This document shows positions 17,151-34,375 of a DNA stretch of 64,000 bases, piece after piece. This DNA comes from the human T2T-CHM13v2.0 reference genome, Homo sapiens, in the NCBI RefSeq assembly GCF_009914755.1, contig NC_060934.1. The stretch is one strand, 5' to 3'. Below the pieces are notes generated by a model. The model saw only the letters and a list, made by a program, of their open reading frames with translations. It was not told the origin of the DNA and did no database searches. Numbering within the stretch: the stretch's first letter is position 1; each line of letters begins with the position of its first letter. The position numbers were made by a program, and so were the translations under genes.

Positions 17151-20100
17151 TAGTACTGCTATGAACATTCCTGTACATGCCTTTTGGTAAACATATGAAT
17201 GGATTTCTATTATATATATTATGTATATGCTATATGAATATATCATATAAATGTATATATACATATATATATATTCAGAATTAAAAATGCTGGGTCACAG
17301 AGTATGCCTATATTAAGCTTTAATAGCTTTTCAATGTGGTTTACCATTTAGAAAGGGTCATTTAAGCTGTGGCCTGAAAAACGAAATGGAATGGAAGCTG
17401 CATTGAGATTTCCACACTAACATCTCCCTACTGCTATGACAAAAATGTGACCTTTTATAAAGTGGTTAGAGTCAAATGGGAGAAGTCCTTTGCCTCTTTT
17501 TTGCTGTGGTCTCCCAGTACACTTTAGTGTGAGGAGCCTCTGTCATTTTGGTCAGACCCAGGGAGTCAAGAGATGATGACTGATGACTCAGCCTCCTCAG
17601 CTCGGCTTCCCAGAGCTCCACTCACCACATCAGTGAGCCTGGCATGCAGGGGGAGACATAAACACAACCATGGTGTTGATATCAATCCTAGCAGAGATGT
17701 CACAAGCCAAGGTCTGGGAAGAGGAAGAATGAATCAGGATAAAACTTCAGTGGAAAAAAGACCAAGTGAGAGACTTAAAAGTCACGACTAAAGAATTGTG
17801 TAAGTAACAGTGGCAAATGACAACAAAAGGCCTCTACAGCTAAAATAATCAGTGGTACCTGTTTCAGATCCCCAGGCTTCTCTGTTTTTGGGAGGTCTTA
17901 GGATGCAGGGCTTTGCCAATTGTGTGGCCTGGGATGACAGCCAATTGATGGAAGCTGGAATTCAGGGCTTTCTTCTCAACAGAAGTTAAAGAAGGCAAAA
18001 AAAAAAAAAAAAACCCAAACAAAAAATCTGGCCACAAGTGATGTCTATCAGTGTTGTGTGGGTGTGAGAGCCTGCCCCTTTGTCTTAATAGAGAATATAA
18101 ACATACCTGAGGAGGAGCCCCAAAGGCCTGATAGGAATGGGTCATTTTGAGAAAAAGTTTCCAATGGGAAAGATAAAAATCTAGTTGTTTTGCCCTTCAA
18201 TGTTTTAGAGTTTCCTCAGAGCACAGAGAAATCTTAGTTTGCTTCTCCTTAAGGTACTGCTCATAAAGTCCCGTCTTTTAAAGAAAAGGAACAGAGTGAA
18301 AAATGATTGATGCATCAAAGTGAAGTTTCCTTTTCCAAACATGTGTCCGTAAGTTGCTGATCTGGGGTCCCTTCAGAATTGCATGCTGTGTCTTTAACCC
18401 ATTTCCTGTTTGGAAAAAAATGTGGCTCACTGCCAGCACAGTGTTCTTGGGGCAAACGGGAAGTGGCTTTAGGTAGCCAGACAGGTATGCAACAAACTAC
18501 CTTTCATAACAATGCCTCAGGCCAGAAGGGATTGGGTCTCATGCCAAAAATATCTTTTGATTATCTTTCTTTAGTACGTACAAAAATTGAGACTTAAAAA
18601 GTATTTCAGGGCCACCATTTTAAATTTCAGTCGAATGTTCATGTTACTGATTAGAGTTGTGTCTGTAAAAAGTATTAAAGATTGAAGTGTGTTTCTATTC
18701 TGTAACAGTTGCATATGTGTGTATTCTAACAGAATTTCTTGTATGAAATAATTGTCTTTCATTTATTTGTTTCTCTTAAGAGTTCTCAAGGAAAATACAA
18801 GTTAAATTAGTTAAGAAAATTCTGATTGGTTGGGTTTCACCTACCTGCAATATTGATTTCTCTATATATATGGATAAAAGAAGTCAATTTAAATATGTTG
18901 ACCCATGTGGTCCAGTTTATATGACATTCAAATAAACACAACTTTGAACACCAAGACTAATTGGAAAATAATTCAAATATTTACCAGGGACTCTTGAAGA
19001 ATGTCAGAAGAATATCTAGCAGACATCCTAACAATTATTTCTGCATCTTTCTTTCTATTTCCCATCACTCTGAAGTTTTTTTTCAAAGACTTGCTCAACT
19101 CACAAAATCTCTTTCTCATCCCTGCATTGCACTCAGGGTTCTGGTCTTTTTCCTCCCTCTCTCCCAACAAAACACAAAAATAAATAAATTTGTCTCTTTA
19201 TAAGATTGAAAAAAAAAATCCCAGTCTGTATCTTATCTTCCAGTTATCAGATCTTTCTACCCATTGGCCTGATTAGCTTCACAGAGTCCTGGAGACAAGC
19301 TAGCAGTCACAGAGAGGGAAGATTGTGAACCCTTATACATTCATGCTTATGGTCCCAGTTGCACAATAATTTTAAATACAATTCATACAACAGGCTATTT
19401 CCCAGTCACTAAATGACAAAACTTTCTTTGCAATAAGAGGCAAGGCCAACAGTGACCAAAATTCACATTTTTGAAGACTGGAGAAAGGCATGAGGGAAGA
19501 GGTGAAATGTGGTATAAAATGAATAACATCTTTGAGCAGAGGCGGCATTCTGCCTTAGACCCTCCTCTTCCCCTCCTCTCATGACATCACACGTGCCGAT
19601 GCTTTTCCCTAGAAGCCCTATTTCTTGAAATCTGAGACCATAACCCAACAAATCATTCCCTTGAAAGTTTACTTACTTTTTGATGGTTATTTGATATGAA
19701 GAAGAAATCGAAAAGAGAGCAGAACTTCAAGGTTGAATTTGGCCATTTCCATGCTAATTCATATTGGTGCCTGAGAGTGTCCTCATTAGGATCTCATTTC
19801 TCTGTTAATGTCAAACAGTATCTGATCTCTGCCTATCCAAGGGCTGGTATGGGCTTAATGCCAGCATTTAATGCTGGAATCTAAAGCTGGGACAGGTAAG
19901 GTGCTTCGCCTGCAGCATCCAAAGATCAGAGCAGGCAGAGAGGAAGTCTAGGAGCATACACAGTAAAAACGTATAAATAATATGATTTGATAAGATACAA
20001 GCACAATAAAAAGTTAGAAAAGAAAAATACTAAATACACGTTAAATGTATACATGCTGAAGAGATTGCCAGATAAGAGTGTTTACATAGCGTAGTGGAAC

Positions 20101-21976
20101 AAGTGAAGAAATGTTTCCTTAGAGAATAATATATTAAGAAAATGTTCATGTCACCTGTATTGGTTCAGAAAGAGTTATTTTTGAAAGCACATGGTTGTCT
20201 TAGGATTAAACTGCCTAGCCCTTAGGGAAGGAGACAAGGGCCTGTTCATTCATTCATTAACTCATAATATATTAAAATTGTGCTTGCTATATACTAAGCA
20301 CAGTATTAGGCACTAGAAATAGGGTATGGACTATGACCAACATGTTGCTTATCCTCTTGGAGCTTACAATATAACAGGGAAGATAGACCTTGGAAAGGTT
20401 ATTACTCATTCAGACAATGAATGTGTGCAAAGACAGTGATGATGGAGAAATGCATGGTGCTATTGAAGGCATTATGGAAGAATATGACCAAAAAAGAGGA
20501 CAGGGTCGCTTTCTTATCAGTGAATATCAGCTGAGCAATTCAGGTGCCACTGCTTCCACCTCTGGGCATGGGCTTTCTCCCTTGCTTGGAAAGAATACAT
20601 TAACATCAGATTAAGCAAAGAGCTCATAAAATGCATGATGGCACACTGACCAATCAAAACATACCAAGCATTCTTTTCCAGAGGATTGGGAAAGAGATTC
20701 ATTTTGAAATAATTAGCTGGCAATAGGTTCAACATGAAAAAAATAAACATTAAGCCATAATTATTTTTCAACAGAACTGGAGACTTATTCATCTACTTTC
20801 TGAAATTGTATATCTATTTCATAGCACTGGAAGCTCAATACTATGTTTAATGTTCTGAGGGTAAAAACACGATGTCTGTTTTATTTCACAACATGAATTG
20901 AAAGCGTTTGTGGGACAGGATGTTGTTTTGGTTCAATAGGTTGTTCAAGATTCCTTAGGAGTTTTATCCAGTAACTGCTTTCAGCTTTAAGAAATTAATG
21001 TTTCCATTTGGTTTTCAGATCCAAAAACTGCATAAGCAGATTTTTCTGTTTTTGATGCCTTATCCAATTGCTAGTGTGGTTTAAGGTAATCAATCATATA
21101 ACTGAGAGTTAAAGAACTCTGGCTAAGAGTTTTTACACAAATAAAACTTGCATTGGTTTGATTGTGGATGGTGCTTGTTCAAGGACTGTAGGAATAGGTT
21201 GTAGTCAAACCTCAGAAATGTTCCAGATTTGCAGCCCATGCACTGGTTGGGAAGGCCATACCTTATGGTTCAGGTAAGATACAGGCAGGGCTCGTGCTAG
21301 GAAATGAGAATACCTGATGGGAACAATAAAGTTACTGATTCTCTTGGCTGCCCAGCAAGTCTCTACCTGTCCCTCATGAATCTTTCTGCCAAATTCCAGA
21401 AGGAAAAACTCTCTTTCTCTGGGATATCCAGGGAAGATGGAGGTTCCTTTCCAGCCTTCCTTTCATCACAAATTTACTAGTCATATACTGTGGCAGGCAC
21501 TAACAGCACAAAGACATAAGATTATAATCCCAAGGAGCTCACTGTCTAATAAAGGAAAATTAGCATAAATAAAATACTTGCAATGCAGTATAAGTACAAT
21601 GCTAGGAACATTCATGTTATATTTTCAACCAGGAGACAATGCAATTAGCAGTATCAGGATTCAGGAGAGAGAAGTGTGGCAAAGAATACTGCATAGAAGT
21701 GAACAACAAAGTGGGGAAGGGAAGGAAACCCTTCCCCAGGGTTTGTATTTAGGAATACAATGAAATTAGTCAAGGTGGTCACAGCCTATCTTCTTTCAGG
21801 ACCCTTTTCCCCTTCATAGGTCTATCATGCCTATCTTCCAGTGCTCAATACTTTCCTGTTGCCCTCTAGAGGCCCAGAGTTCACCACTCTGGAGTCCTAT
21901 CTACCTTGATCTGCCCTTACTCGGACCAGTATTGTCACCTGTTCTGATCTTTCTCCCAAATTTTACGCAGACTCAC

Positions 21977-22494
21977 TGTATTAGTTTCCTTTTGTTGTGG
22001 TAACAATTACCATTAATGTAGGGCTTAAAACAGCACAATTTTTTTATCTCATTGTTTTGAAGGTCAGAAGTCTGAAATTATATCATTGGGATAAAAACCA
22101 CGGTGTCGGCACAGCTACATTCCTTTCTGGAAACTCAAGGGGAATCTATTTTCTTGTCTTTTCTAGCTCCTAGAGGCTGCCCACATTCTTTGGCTTGTGG
22201 CCCCCTCCCATCTTCAAAGCCAGCGATAGCCAGTCAAGTCCTTCTCACATTGTGTCCCCCTAGCTTTGCTTTTGCCATCACATTTTACCCTGACTCTTAC
22301 ACTCCCACTTCCTCTTTCACCAAGCACCCTGTGATGACATTGGGCCCAACTGGATAATCCCGGATACTCTCTCTCTCTCTCTTTTACAGTCAGCTCATTA
22401 ATAACCTCAATTCCATCTGCAACCTTAATTCTCACAGTTTCTGGGGATTAGAATGTGGTAATCTCTGGGGGTGACTGTTATTCTGCCTACTGCA
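21977..22494 (-). mobile_element. MLT1-family (MaLR) solo LTR
   Basis: tgtattagtttcc...ggcttaaaacagcacaa...tattctgcctactgca; TSD ctcac/cccac. Confidence 0.85.
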
Positions 22495-22759
22495 CCCACC
22501 TTCAATTCTACTGTCAATCAAAATTTACTTGTATGTTCTTCAATGACTCCTCATTAGCTAAAAAGTGAACCTAATAATTGAACCCAAACAGAAGGTGTTA
22601 AACGGAAATATGTAGGACCTGTCCCTACTTATTCTCCTGTCCCTGTTTACATATCATGAGTCAAGCATGGTTCTCTTCTATCTGAACCCAAATGAGCCTT
22701 CAGAATCCTTTTTCACATCCTGGCAACCACTTCCTTATGACTCTCTGTGATCTCTACAC

Positions 22760-26223
<3,464 letters not shown>

Positions 26224-26789
26224 ATTACATTACCATTTTGCTATGTTGGTTGATTCAGGTTGTCGCTTTAGTGGGATTTTAAGAGTGAGTGAAAGTAGGT
26301 TCATGTTTTCAATCTGCCATCTTTACTTCCATGTTAGTACTAAATAATTTTTTTGCCAGCTGATTTACTATATTGGCACCTTCACTCCATTCTAGTATTC
26401 CTTGCCACCTTTCTCTCTCCTAAATCCTGGTACTGCTAATTGCATTGTCTTTTGGTTGAAAATGTAACATGAATATTCCAAGCACTGTACTTATACTACA
26501 TTGCTAGTATTTTATTTATGCTAATTTTCCTTTATTAGACAGTGAGCTCCTTGGGATTATAATCTTATGTCTTTGTGCTGTTAGATGCCTGCCACAGTAC
26601 ATGACCAGTAAATTTCTAATGAAAGGAAGGCTGGAAAGGAACCTCCATTTTCCCGGGATATATATTAAAAATCCCTTATTGCACATCACTATTTGGCAGC
26701 TGCTAAGAATGACAGCTGCCAAATGGTGTAGAAGAATGTGTCGAAAGGCCCCATGGGGTGTGATAAATTACACTAGTATAAATCATTCT

Positions 26790-27000
26790 TTTTAAACTTT
26801 TAAAGCATTTTTATAATTATCCTATTTGACCCTCACAACTGAGAAATATGTAAATTAGTAGCTTTATCCCTGTTTTACACATAAGTAAACAAGGCCCAGA
26901 GAAACTAAATATTTACCTAAGACTATATGCTAGTTTGGGGCCAAATTTGGTCTAGAATTCAGGTTTCCAGATGTTTAAACCCAGGATCTTTTTAATAGAC
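26790..27000. mobile_element. MIR fragment
   Basis: ctcacaac...atccctgttttacacataagtaaacaaggcccagaga. Confidence 0.6.
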
Positions 27001-27189
27001 CAGTGGTTCTCAAACTAAGGATTACTTAGGACTGCTATTGAACAGGGATGGGAGAGAAGATAGAGGGTGAAAGATCAGGAATCTGGGCCCCCTACTCATG
27101 TTACAATTCTGCTTTTGTCTCTTCTACGTGTAAGTGTTCCATAGAATTTATCACTTGGAAAATAGCTCTCTTGCTGATAACAACACGCA

Positions 27190-28414
27190 GCCACTAGTCT
27201 TTAAGCACATACTTGCTTTCTGGCACCATGTGATGTTTCGGGCTTACTTTGTACATTCCGTGTCCTGGAATTGGTTTCAGCCATTTCTCCAAGGAGTTCT
27301 GGTTTCTTTAGGTGGAAATGAGATTTAGAATCCAGTATCTGGGCTCTAGGTGGGCTCGTCGCTACTGGTGCCTCATTGCTTCTAGCTCTTTACAGGAGAC
27401 AGTGATAGGAAACTGCTTTTCTAAAATAAAAAATATAAAAAAAAGAAAAAAAGATAAAAGAAAAGCCTGAGTTTCTAGTAATACTTGTAATTCACATGCA
27501 TTACCACATGATTATTTCTTACCTTCTCCCATTCCATTTTTTGTATCTCCTTCTTCCATAGTGAAAACCCTGCTTCTCAAACACCACCACAAACAATATT
27601 TGTTCACTTCTATTCTGCAATACACACAGTTTTTGAGCTACAACACCATACACCTGTTAAAAACAAAACTAGTAAATACAGTCAAATTTCTTTGCATTTC
27701 TCGTAATTCTTCAAAAATATTTATAATTTTATATGCTTTATTGGTGAATGTATGTGTATATATGCATATATGTTTGTGTTTGTGTATGTGTGTGTATATA
27801 TATATATGCATGTGTTTGTGTGTACTGAGAAAAGCCTTAATTCCTGTTTATTCAGTCTCGACTTTGATCTCAACTACTCTATATAATCATTTTAATCTGT
27901 TGTTGGTTACATTTTTTTCACTTCTTTTTTGACAATAAATGCATATACACTTTTATTTTCTCTTCTTTATTATTAAAGAGATAGCATATTGTATGCACAC
28001 TCTATATTTTGATTTAACTCTTAAAAATATATTTAAATTTATCAATTTACAATTTTATGTTTAGTATTCTCTTATTTTTTGTTTAAGAATTCTTTACCTG
28101 CCCAAAGATCACAAAAATTTTCCACTATATTGTCCTCTAAAATTTTTAAAAATCTTGCCTCTTACAGTTCAGCTTTTAATCTCTCTAGAGACAATTTTGT
28201 GTATGATATGAGGGGGGTACCCATTCCATTTTTAAAATGAGTTTCCATTTATCTCATACACTTTGTCAAACAGTCTATTCTTTACCCAGTGATATTTGGT
28301 GTCGGTTCAGCTCTACATCAAGTTTCCACACATTCATGGATCTGCTTCTGGACTTTCTATTCTGTTTTATTTGTTACTCCGTCTATTCCTGAGAAAATCT
28401 TCTGTCTAAAACTT
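27190..28414 (-). mobile_element. Old L1M fragments with (TA/TG)-rich tract
   Basis: cagccatttctccaaggagttctggtttcttt...; ggatctgcttctggactttctattctgtt. Confidence 0.6.
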
Positions 28415-29406
28415 TCAGACATATTTTTATGTTATTAACTTTCATTTTAGGTGCAGGGTACGCGTGCAGGTTTGTTATATAAATTGTGTGCCATGGAGGT
28501 TGGTGTACAGATTAGTTCATCACCCAGGTCCTCCCACACTCCACCCTCCACCCCGCAATAGGCTCCAGTGTTTGTTGTTCCCTTGTGTCCATATGTATTT
28601 AATGTTTAGCTCCCACTTATAAGTGAGAACATGCAACATTTGATTTTCTGTTCCTGTGTTTGTTCACTTAGGATGATGGCCTCCAGCTCCATCTATGTTG
28701 CTGCAAAAGACACAATCTCATTATTTTTTATGGCTGTGTAGTAGTCCACAATATATATGTCCTACAGTTTCTTTATCCAGTCCATCACTGATGGGCATTT
28801 AGGTTGATTCCATGTCTTTGCTATTGTGTATAGTGCTGTCATAAACATACACATGCATATGTCTTTATGGTAGAATAATTTATATTCCTTGGGGTATACA
28901 CCCAATAATAGGATTGCTGGGTGGAATGGTAATTCTGTTTTACCTTCTTTCAGAAATCGCCCAACTGCTTTCCACAATGGCTGAAGTAATTTACATTCCC
29001 ACCAGCAGTGGATAAATTCTCCCTTTTCTCCATAACCTTGTCAGCTGTCAGCAACTGTTTTTTTTCTTTCTTTTTTTTTTTTTTTTTTACTTTTTAGTAA
29101 TAGCCGTTCTGACTGGTTTGAGATGGTATCTCATTGTGGTTTGATTTACATTTCTCTATATAATTAATGATGTTGATATGGTTTGGCTCTGTCCCTACCT
29201 AATCTTGTCTTGAAGTCCAAGGTGTTGCGGGAGTGACAGATGGGAGGTAATTGAATCATGGGGGCAGGTCTTTCCCTTGCTGTTCTTGCGGTAGTGGATA
29301 AGTTTCATGAGATCTGATGGTTTTATAAAGATGAGTCTCCCTGCACAAGCTCTCTTCTCTTGTCTGACCCCATGTGAGATGTACCTTTCACCTTCTGCCA
29401 TGATTG

Positions 29407-30948
29407 TGTGTCCGGAATTGGTGGGTTCTTGGTCTCACTGACTTCCAGAATGAAGCTGCGGATCCTCGCAGTGAGTGTTACAGTTCCTAAAGATGGTGTG
29501 TCCAGAGTTTATTCCTTCTGATGTTCGGACGTGTTCAGAGTTTCTTCCTTCTGGCAGGCTCATGGTCTCGCTGGCTTCAAGAGTGAAGCTGCAAACCTTT
29601 GTGGTGAGTGTTACAGCTCTTAAGGCGGCGTGTCTGGAGTTGTTTGTTCCTCTCGTCTGGAGTTGTTCATTCCTCCCGGTGGGCTCGTGGTCTTGCTGAC
29701 CTCAGGAGTGAAGCTGCAGACCTTCACGGTGAGTGCTACAGCTCATAAAGGTAGTGTGGACCCAAAGATTTACGGCAAAGAGCAAAAAAACAAAGCTTCC
29801 CCAGCGCAGCAAGAGACCCCAGCAGCTTGCCACTGTTGGCTGGGGCAGCCTGCTTTTATTTCCTTATCTGGCCCCACCCGCATCCTGCTGATTGGTCCAT
29901 TTTACAGAGAGCTGATTGGTCTGTTTCATAGAGAGCTGATTGGTGTGTTTACAAACTTTGAGCTAGACACAGAGTGCTGATTGGTGTATTTACAATCCCT
30001 TAGCTAGACACAACCATTCTCCAAGTCCCCACCAGATTAGCTAGATACAGAGTGCTGATTGGTGCATTTACAAACCTTGAGCTAGACACAGAGTGCTGAT
30101 TGGTGTATTTACAAACCTTGAGCTAGACACATAGTACTGATTGGTGTATTTACAATCCCTTAGCTAGACATAAAGGTTCTCCAAGTCCCCACCAGATTAG
30201 CTAGATACAGTGCTGATTGGTGCATTTACAAACCTTGAGCTAGACCCAGAGTGCTGATTGGTGTATTTACAATCCTCTAGCTAGACATAAAAGTTCTGCA
30301 GGTCCCCACTAGACTCAGGAGCCCAGCTGGCTTCACCTAGTGGATCCTGCGCAGGGGCCGAGCTGCTGGCTGGCAGAGCTGCCCGCCAGTCCCGCGCTGT
30401 GCGCCAGCACTCCTCAGTCCTTGGGCGGTCGATGGGACCCGGCGCTGCGGAGCAGGGGGCGGCACTCCTTGGGGAGGCTCCTGCTGTGCAGGAGCCCACA
30501 GCGGGGGGTGGGGCTCAGGCATGGTGGGCTGCAGGTCCCAAGCCCTGCCCCGCGGGGAGGCAGCTGAGGCCCGGTGAGAATTTGAGAGCAGTGCCAGCAC
30601 TGCTGGGGGACCCGGCACACCCTCTGCAGCTGCTGGCCCGGGTGCTAAGCCCCTCACTGCCCAGGACCTGCGGCGCTGGCCTGCTGCTCTGAGTGCGGGG
30701 CCTGCTGAGCCCAGCCCACCGGGATCTCCTGCTGGCCCACAAGCACCCCATGCAGCCCCGGTTCCTGCCTGCACCTCTCCCTCCACACCTCCCCGCAAGA
30801 AGAGGGAGTCAGCTCTGGCCTCGGCCAGCCCAGAGAGGGGCTCCCACAGTGCAGCGGCGGGCTGAAGGGCCAGAGTGGAGGCTGAGGCCGAGGAGGTGCC
30901 AAGAGCGAGCCAGGGCTGCGAGGGCTGTCAGCATGCTGTCATCTCTCA
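29407..30948 (-). mobile_element. LTR12 (ERV9) solo LTR, LTR12C/D-like, ~1.54 kb
   Basis: Termini tgtgtccggaattggtggg...tgtcatctctca; tandem CCAAT repeats; CpG-rich U3; 4-bp TSD ATTG. Confidence 0.95.
29850..30300 (-). promoter_or_regulatory. LTR12 U3 enhancer/promoter: nine CCAAT (NF-Y) boxes and AATAAAA TATA-like box
   Basis: ctgattgg at ~29888, 29912, 29936, 29977, 30055, 30096, 30137, 30213, 30254; cttttatt at ~29853. Confidence 0.75.
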
Positions 30949-31129
30949 ATTGTGAGGCCTCCTCAGCGACATGGAACTGTAAGTCCATTAAACCTCTTTC
31001 TTTTGTAAATTGCCCAGTCTCTGGTATGTCTTTGTCAGCAGCATGAAAATACAGATGTTGAACATTTTTTCATATGCTTGTTGGTTGCATATATGTCTTC
31101 TTTTGAAAAATGTCAGACATATTTTTTAG

Positions 31130-31970
31130 TTCTAGAATTTCCATTTTAAACAACAGTAACTTTTTCTCTGCTGGAGGATTTTCTTCTTTAAAAAGCAGAA
31201 TTAAAATTCATTATGAACATATTTTCTTCTATGCTTCTGAGGATAGTTTTAATAAAATCCTTTTCTGCTAATTCCAACATCTGTCCAGTTTCCACTGATT
31301 GATTGTCTCTGGAATATGCATCACATTATCCTATTTCTTCACATTATTCTAATTATTCTATTTTTTTCTTTATAATTTTGGATTATCCTAGACATTCTAA
31401 ATGATATTTTGGATTCTGAATTCTGTTATATTCTTCTGAACAGTGCTGAATTTGCTTACAATTAACTTTGCTGGACTCTAACTTCTAACTCAGTCTACCT
31501 TGAAGGTGAAATCTTGTTTAACTCCTTTATCCTTAGCAGGCTGTTTAGGATTTGCACTACACACGCATAGCTTAGGGGTCAGCCAGAGATTTGGGCAGAG
31601 TTTATATGCAGAATTTGTGACTCTCCTTTCTGGTTGTCTCCTTTCCTGGACTTCTCCCCTCACTTTTAGCTGCTGTGGTGGTTCCCAAACTCTGTTATTT
31701 GATATTTCAAGCCACTAAGATTATAGACTTCTATTTGAGATTTAGCCAACTAATGCCTACCCTCAAATAAAGACCCATTAAAGAATAGATAACTCACCCA
31801 GTTCCATTTCCTTCATCTAAGTACAGGTCCCCCACTCCAGCTTCTGCCTGCTTTTAGTTGCTTTCCAGTTGTTCCAGGGAATTGGTTTTTTATATTTTGC
31901 CCAGATTTTTTGTGGTTATATGTGGAGAGTTAGTTTGATGGGAGCTACTGAATCATTACTGGGAGCAAAT
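31130..31970 (-). mobile_element. Old L1M 5'-region fragment
   Basis: ttttagttctagaatttccattt..., ttctgctaattccaacatctg, gatttgggcagagtttatatgcagaatttg. Confidence 0.55.
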
Positions 31971-32494
31971 AACCTGATTATTGTATTTATTTAGCTTCTG
32001 ATCAGTCTTAGATCTTGCATGACAAACGCTTACCTTATTTTAATTCTTCAGTGTCTTAGCTATTCTTGTGTAGAAGCTGAAGTCTTATCCAGTATACTTT
32101 TCTACCTCTCAGGTCCTTCTAAATGGAAGGAACTGCAAATTAGCCATACCAAAGAGAGGATATGTGGAAGAGAGGAAAGGAAGCTAAACAGCTTCCTTTC
32201 TGTGCTGTCCATAAATCCCTACCGCCAGGGATCATAACAATTTGAGGTACCACCATAATATACATATGCATGTCTGGTGTGTTTGGAGAAGGCTGTTTAA
32301 ACCAGGACTGAACATTTGAGGATAAGAAGCTTGTGGTTGGGAGAAGCAACTGGGAAGTGTGGAAATGAAGACAGAGGTGAGTTAGTAGGCTACTTACTGC
32401 AGGAATCAGGTGAGATGAGAAGCTGAGCTAAAGCAACATTAATGAGAATGTAGAAAGGGACCAGATTGGAAAGATAATTAAAAATTGATAAACC

Positions 32495-32808
32495 GGCCAG
32501 GTGTGGGTGGCTCATGCCTATAATCCCAGCACTTTGGGAGGCTGAGGTGAGAAGATCACTTGAGCCCAGGAGTTTGAGACTAGCCTGGGTAACATAATGA
32601 AACCCTATTTCTACAAAAAATAAAAAAATTAGTTGGGTGTAGTGGCACATGCCTGTAGTCCGAGCTACTTGGAAGGCCAAGGCAGGAGAATCACTTGAGC
32701 CCGGGAGTTCGAGTCTTCAGTGAGCTGTGACTGCGCCACTGCACTTCAGCCAGGGTGAAAGAGAGAGACCTTGTCTCAAAAAACAAAACAAAATGAAAAA
32801 ACAAGAAA
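32495..32808 (+). mobile_element. AluJ
   Basis: Full dimer; TSD aaaattgataaacc / aaaacttgataacc. Confidence 0.92.
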
Positions 32809-34129
32809 AACTTGATAACCCCTGTGTACAGATTGAAAGAGATACTTATAAGGATAAGAAACATTTTCTCCCATCACTCAAATCACAGCAGGTGTCAACA
32901 TCTTACTTCGCTGACACATGTAATAATATAGAAAGTCTAGAAAATAGAAAAAAATTATCAAAAATTCCACTATCTTTATATAACTAAAAATGTTTTATAT
33001 TATCTTCCAGGCCTTATTTAGAAACAAATGTATATGTTTTATAGCTACAACCACACACAAGTTTGAAGGTCTTCGATACATCATAATTTTGCATTATTTC
33101 TATCATCTCGCATGAATGAGCAATTTTCATCATGCTGATATCTGTAATTATGTCCTTTTAAATGTCTTACATAGTAGTCCATCATTTCATACACCCCAAA
33201 CTTTTAAACTATTATTCAACTTGTTGTACATTTATATTATTACAACTATAAATAATGTACCACAAACATGTTTATGTATATAGTCTTTCTCTTCTATGGG
33301 GGGTATCTCTTTAGCTGTAAGATATCCATGGTGAAAAGTAGAAACATTTAATATTGTTTTATGTATATTGATATTTAGTCACAAGAGCTCTGACATTGTA
33401 AAGCCCCAGAGTGATATGTGTGAGAATCTTTGAATTTCAGATAATTACTGAGAGAAAGGACTTTGCTTTGTAGCTCCAGGAGCTAGTACTGTGGCTAGGC
33501 ATATTAGACCAGTAATAGCTGTGTTTTGAATATGTAAATCAATGATTAAATGAATGATTAATTCACTTGTCTTGTGATGAGAGTTTTAAGATGTTTCTTG
33601 CCATCTGGATGCAGTGTGATTTCAAGTGTCCCCTCTGATACTGGCAAGGTCTGGAGAGCCATTAAGACAAAGAGTTTACTCCTGTGAGCTGGGTTCTACG
33701 GAAGTCTGGAATGCTGCCCTGAGAACACAATCTGCAACAGTATCTGTCTGAGATTTTTGGTTTTGTTTCCTCCACCACTATAAACCCAAGCATTTCCATG
33801 GGCTCCCTTCTGAAAAAGGGAAGGTGATATTTCCTGGCTGAAGGAGACTTTCCCATTAATGTTTTACCTCAGTGTAGCAAGCACGCTAAGCTTGGGTCAG
33901 AATGTTTGAATGTTTTGGCTCTGTTCTCTTGTGGACTTCAGAAAACAACTAAGTTCATTCTCAACTTAAACTGGATCACTGTTTTTGTTTTGTAATGATT
34001 TTTCTTGTAAAGGGAGAAAAATAATTTTGGTTCAGATCAAATTGTAAAAAAAAGTTTAAGATTTAGCTGATCAGAATAAGGCTTTTGAGATGGAGATTTT
34101 ATATCAATATCATTTGTGTTTTTACTAGC

Positions 34130-34350
34130 ACTAGTAATTACTATTTATAGCACTCTGTGCCTGTCCCTGCTCTAGTACATTTTTTTTTTACATTATTTAA
34201 CTTACTTTAGTCATCTCAGCAATCCTATGAAGTAGATATTACTTTCATTTTGTAATTATCGGGAAAATGATGCTTACAGAACTTAACTCACCTGCCCATA
34301 AGCACACAGAATTGGTAACAGTCAGAATTGAAAACTAGATCTGTCTGATA
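34130..34350. mobile_element. MIR
   Basis: catctcagcaatcctatgaagtagatatt...taactcacctgccca. Confidence 0.6.
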
Positions 34351-34375
34351 TCAATATGCTCACACATCCATTTGA

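Larger units (their letters stand above)
29174..31053 (+). mobile_element. THE1C-like solo LTR split by LTR12 (29174-29406 + 30953-31053)
   Basis: tgatatggtttggct...ccatgattg|tgaggcctc...aataca; TSD GATGT 29169-29173 / 31054-31058. Confidence 0.9.
28430..31112 (-). mobile_element. 5'-truncated older primate L1 (L1PA13-16/L1PB-like), split by THE1C/LTR12
   Basis: L1 3' end 28430-29173 resumes 31054-31112; TSD tcagacatattttt at 28415-28428 and 31113-31126. Confidence 0.88.

Noticed and set aside
18961-19203. Three overlapping short ORFs and a minus donor CTG|GTAAAT
   Set aside because: No convincing acceptor or homology; consistent with chance
19861-19877. CCAGCATT-T-AATGCTGG palindrome
   Set aside because: An isolated 8-bp inverted repeat is expected by chance in 64 kb
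29880-30300. CRISPR-like periodic repeats
   Set aside because: Known LTR12 tandem CCAAT repeats; no unique spacers; eukaryotic context
30281-31046. Overlapping GC-rich ORFs and an apparent CpG-island gene promoter
   Set aside because: Entirely LTR12 U3; stop-poor because of GC content
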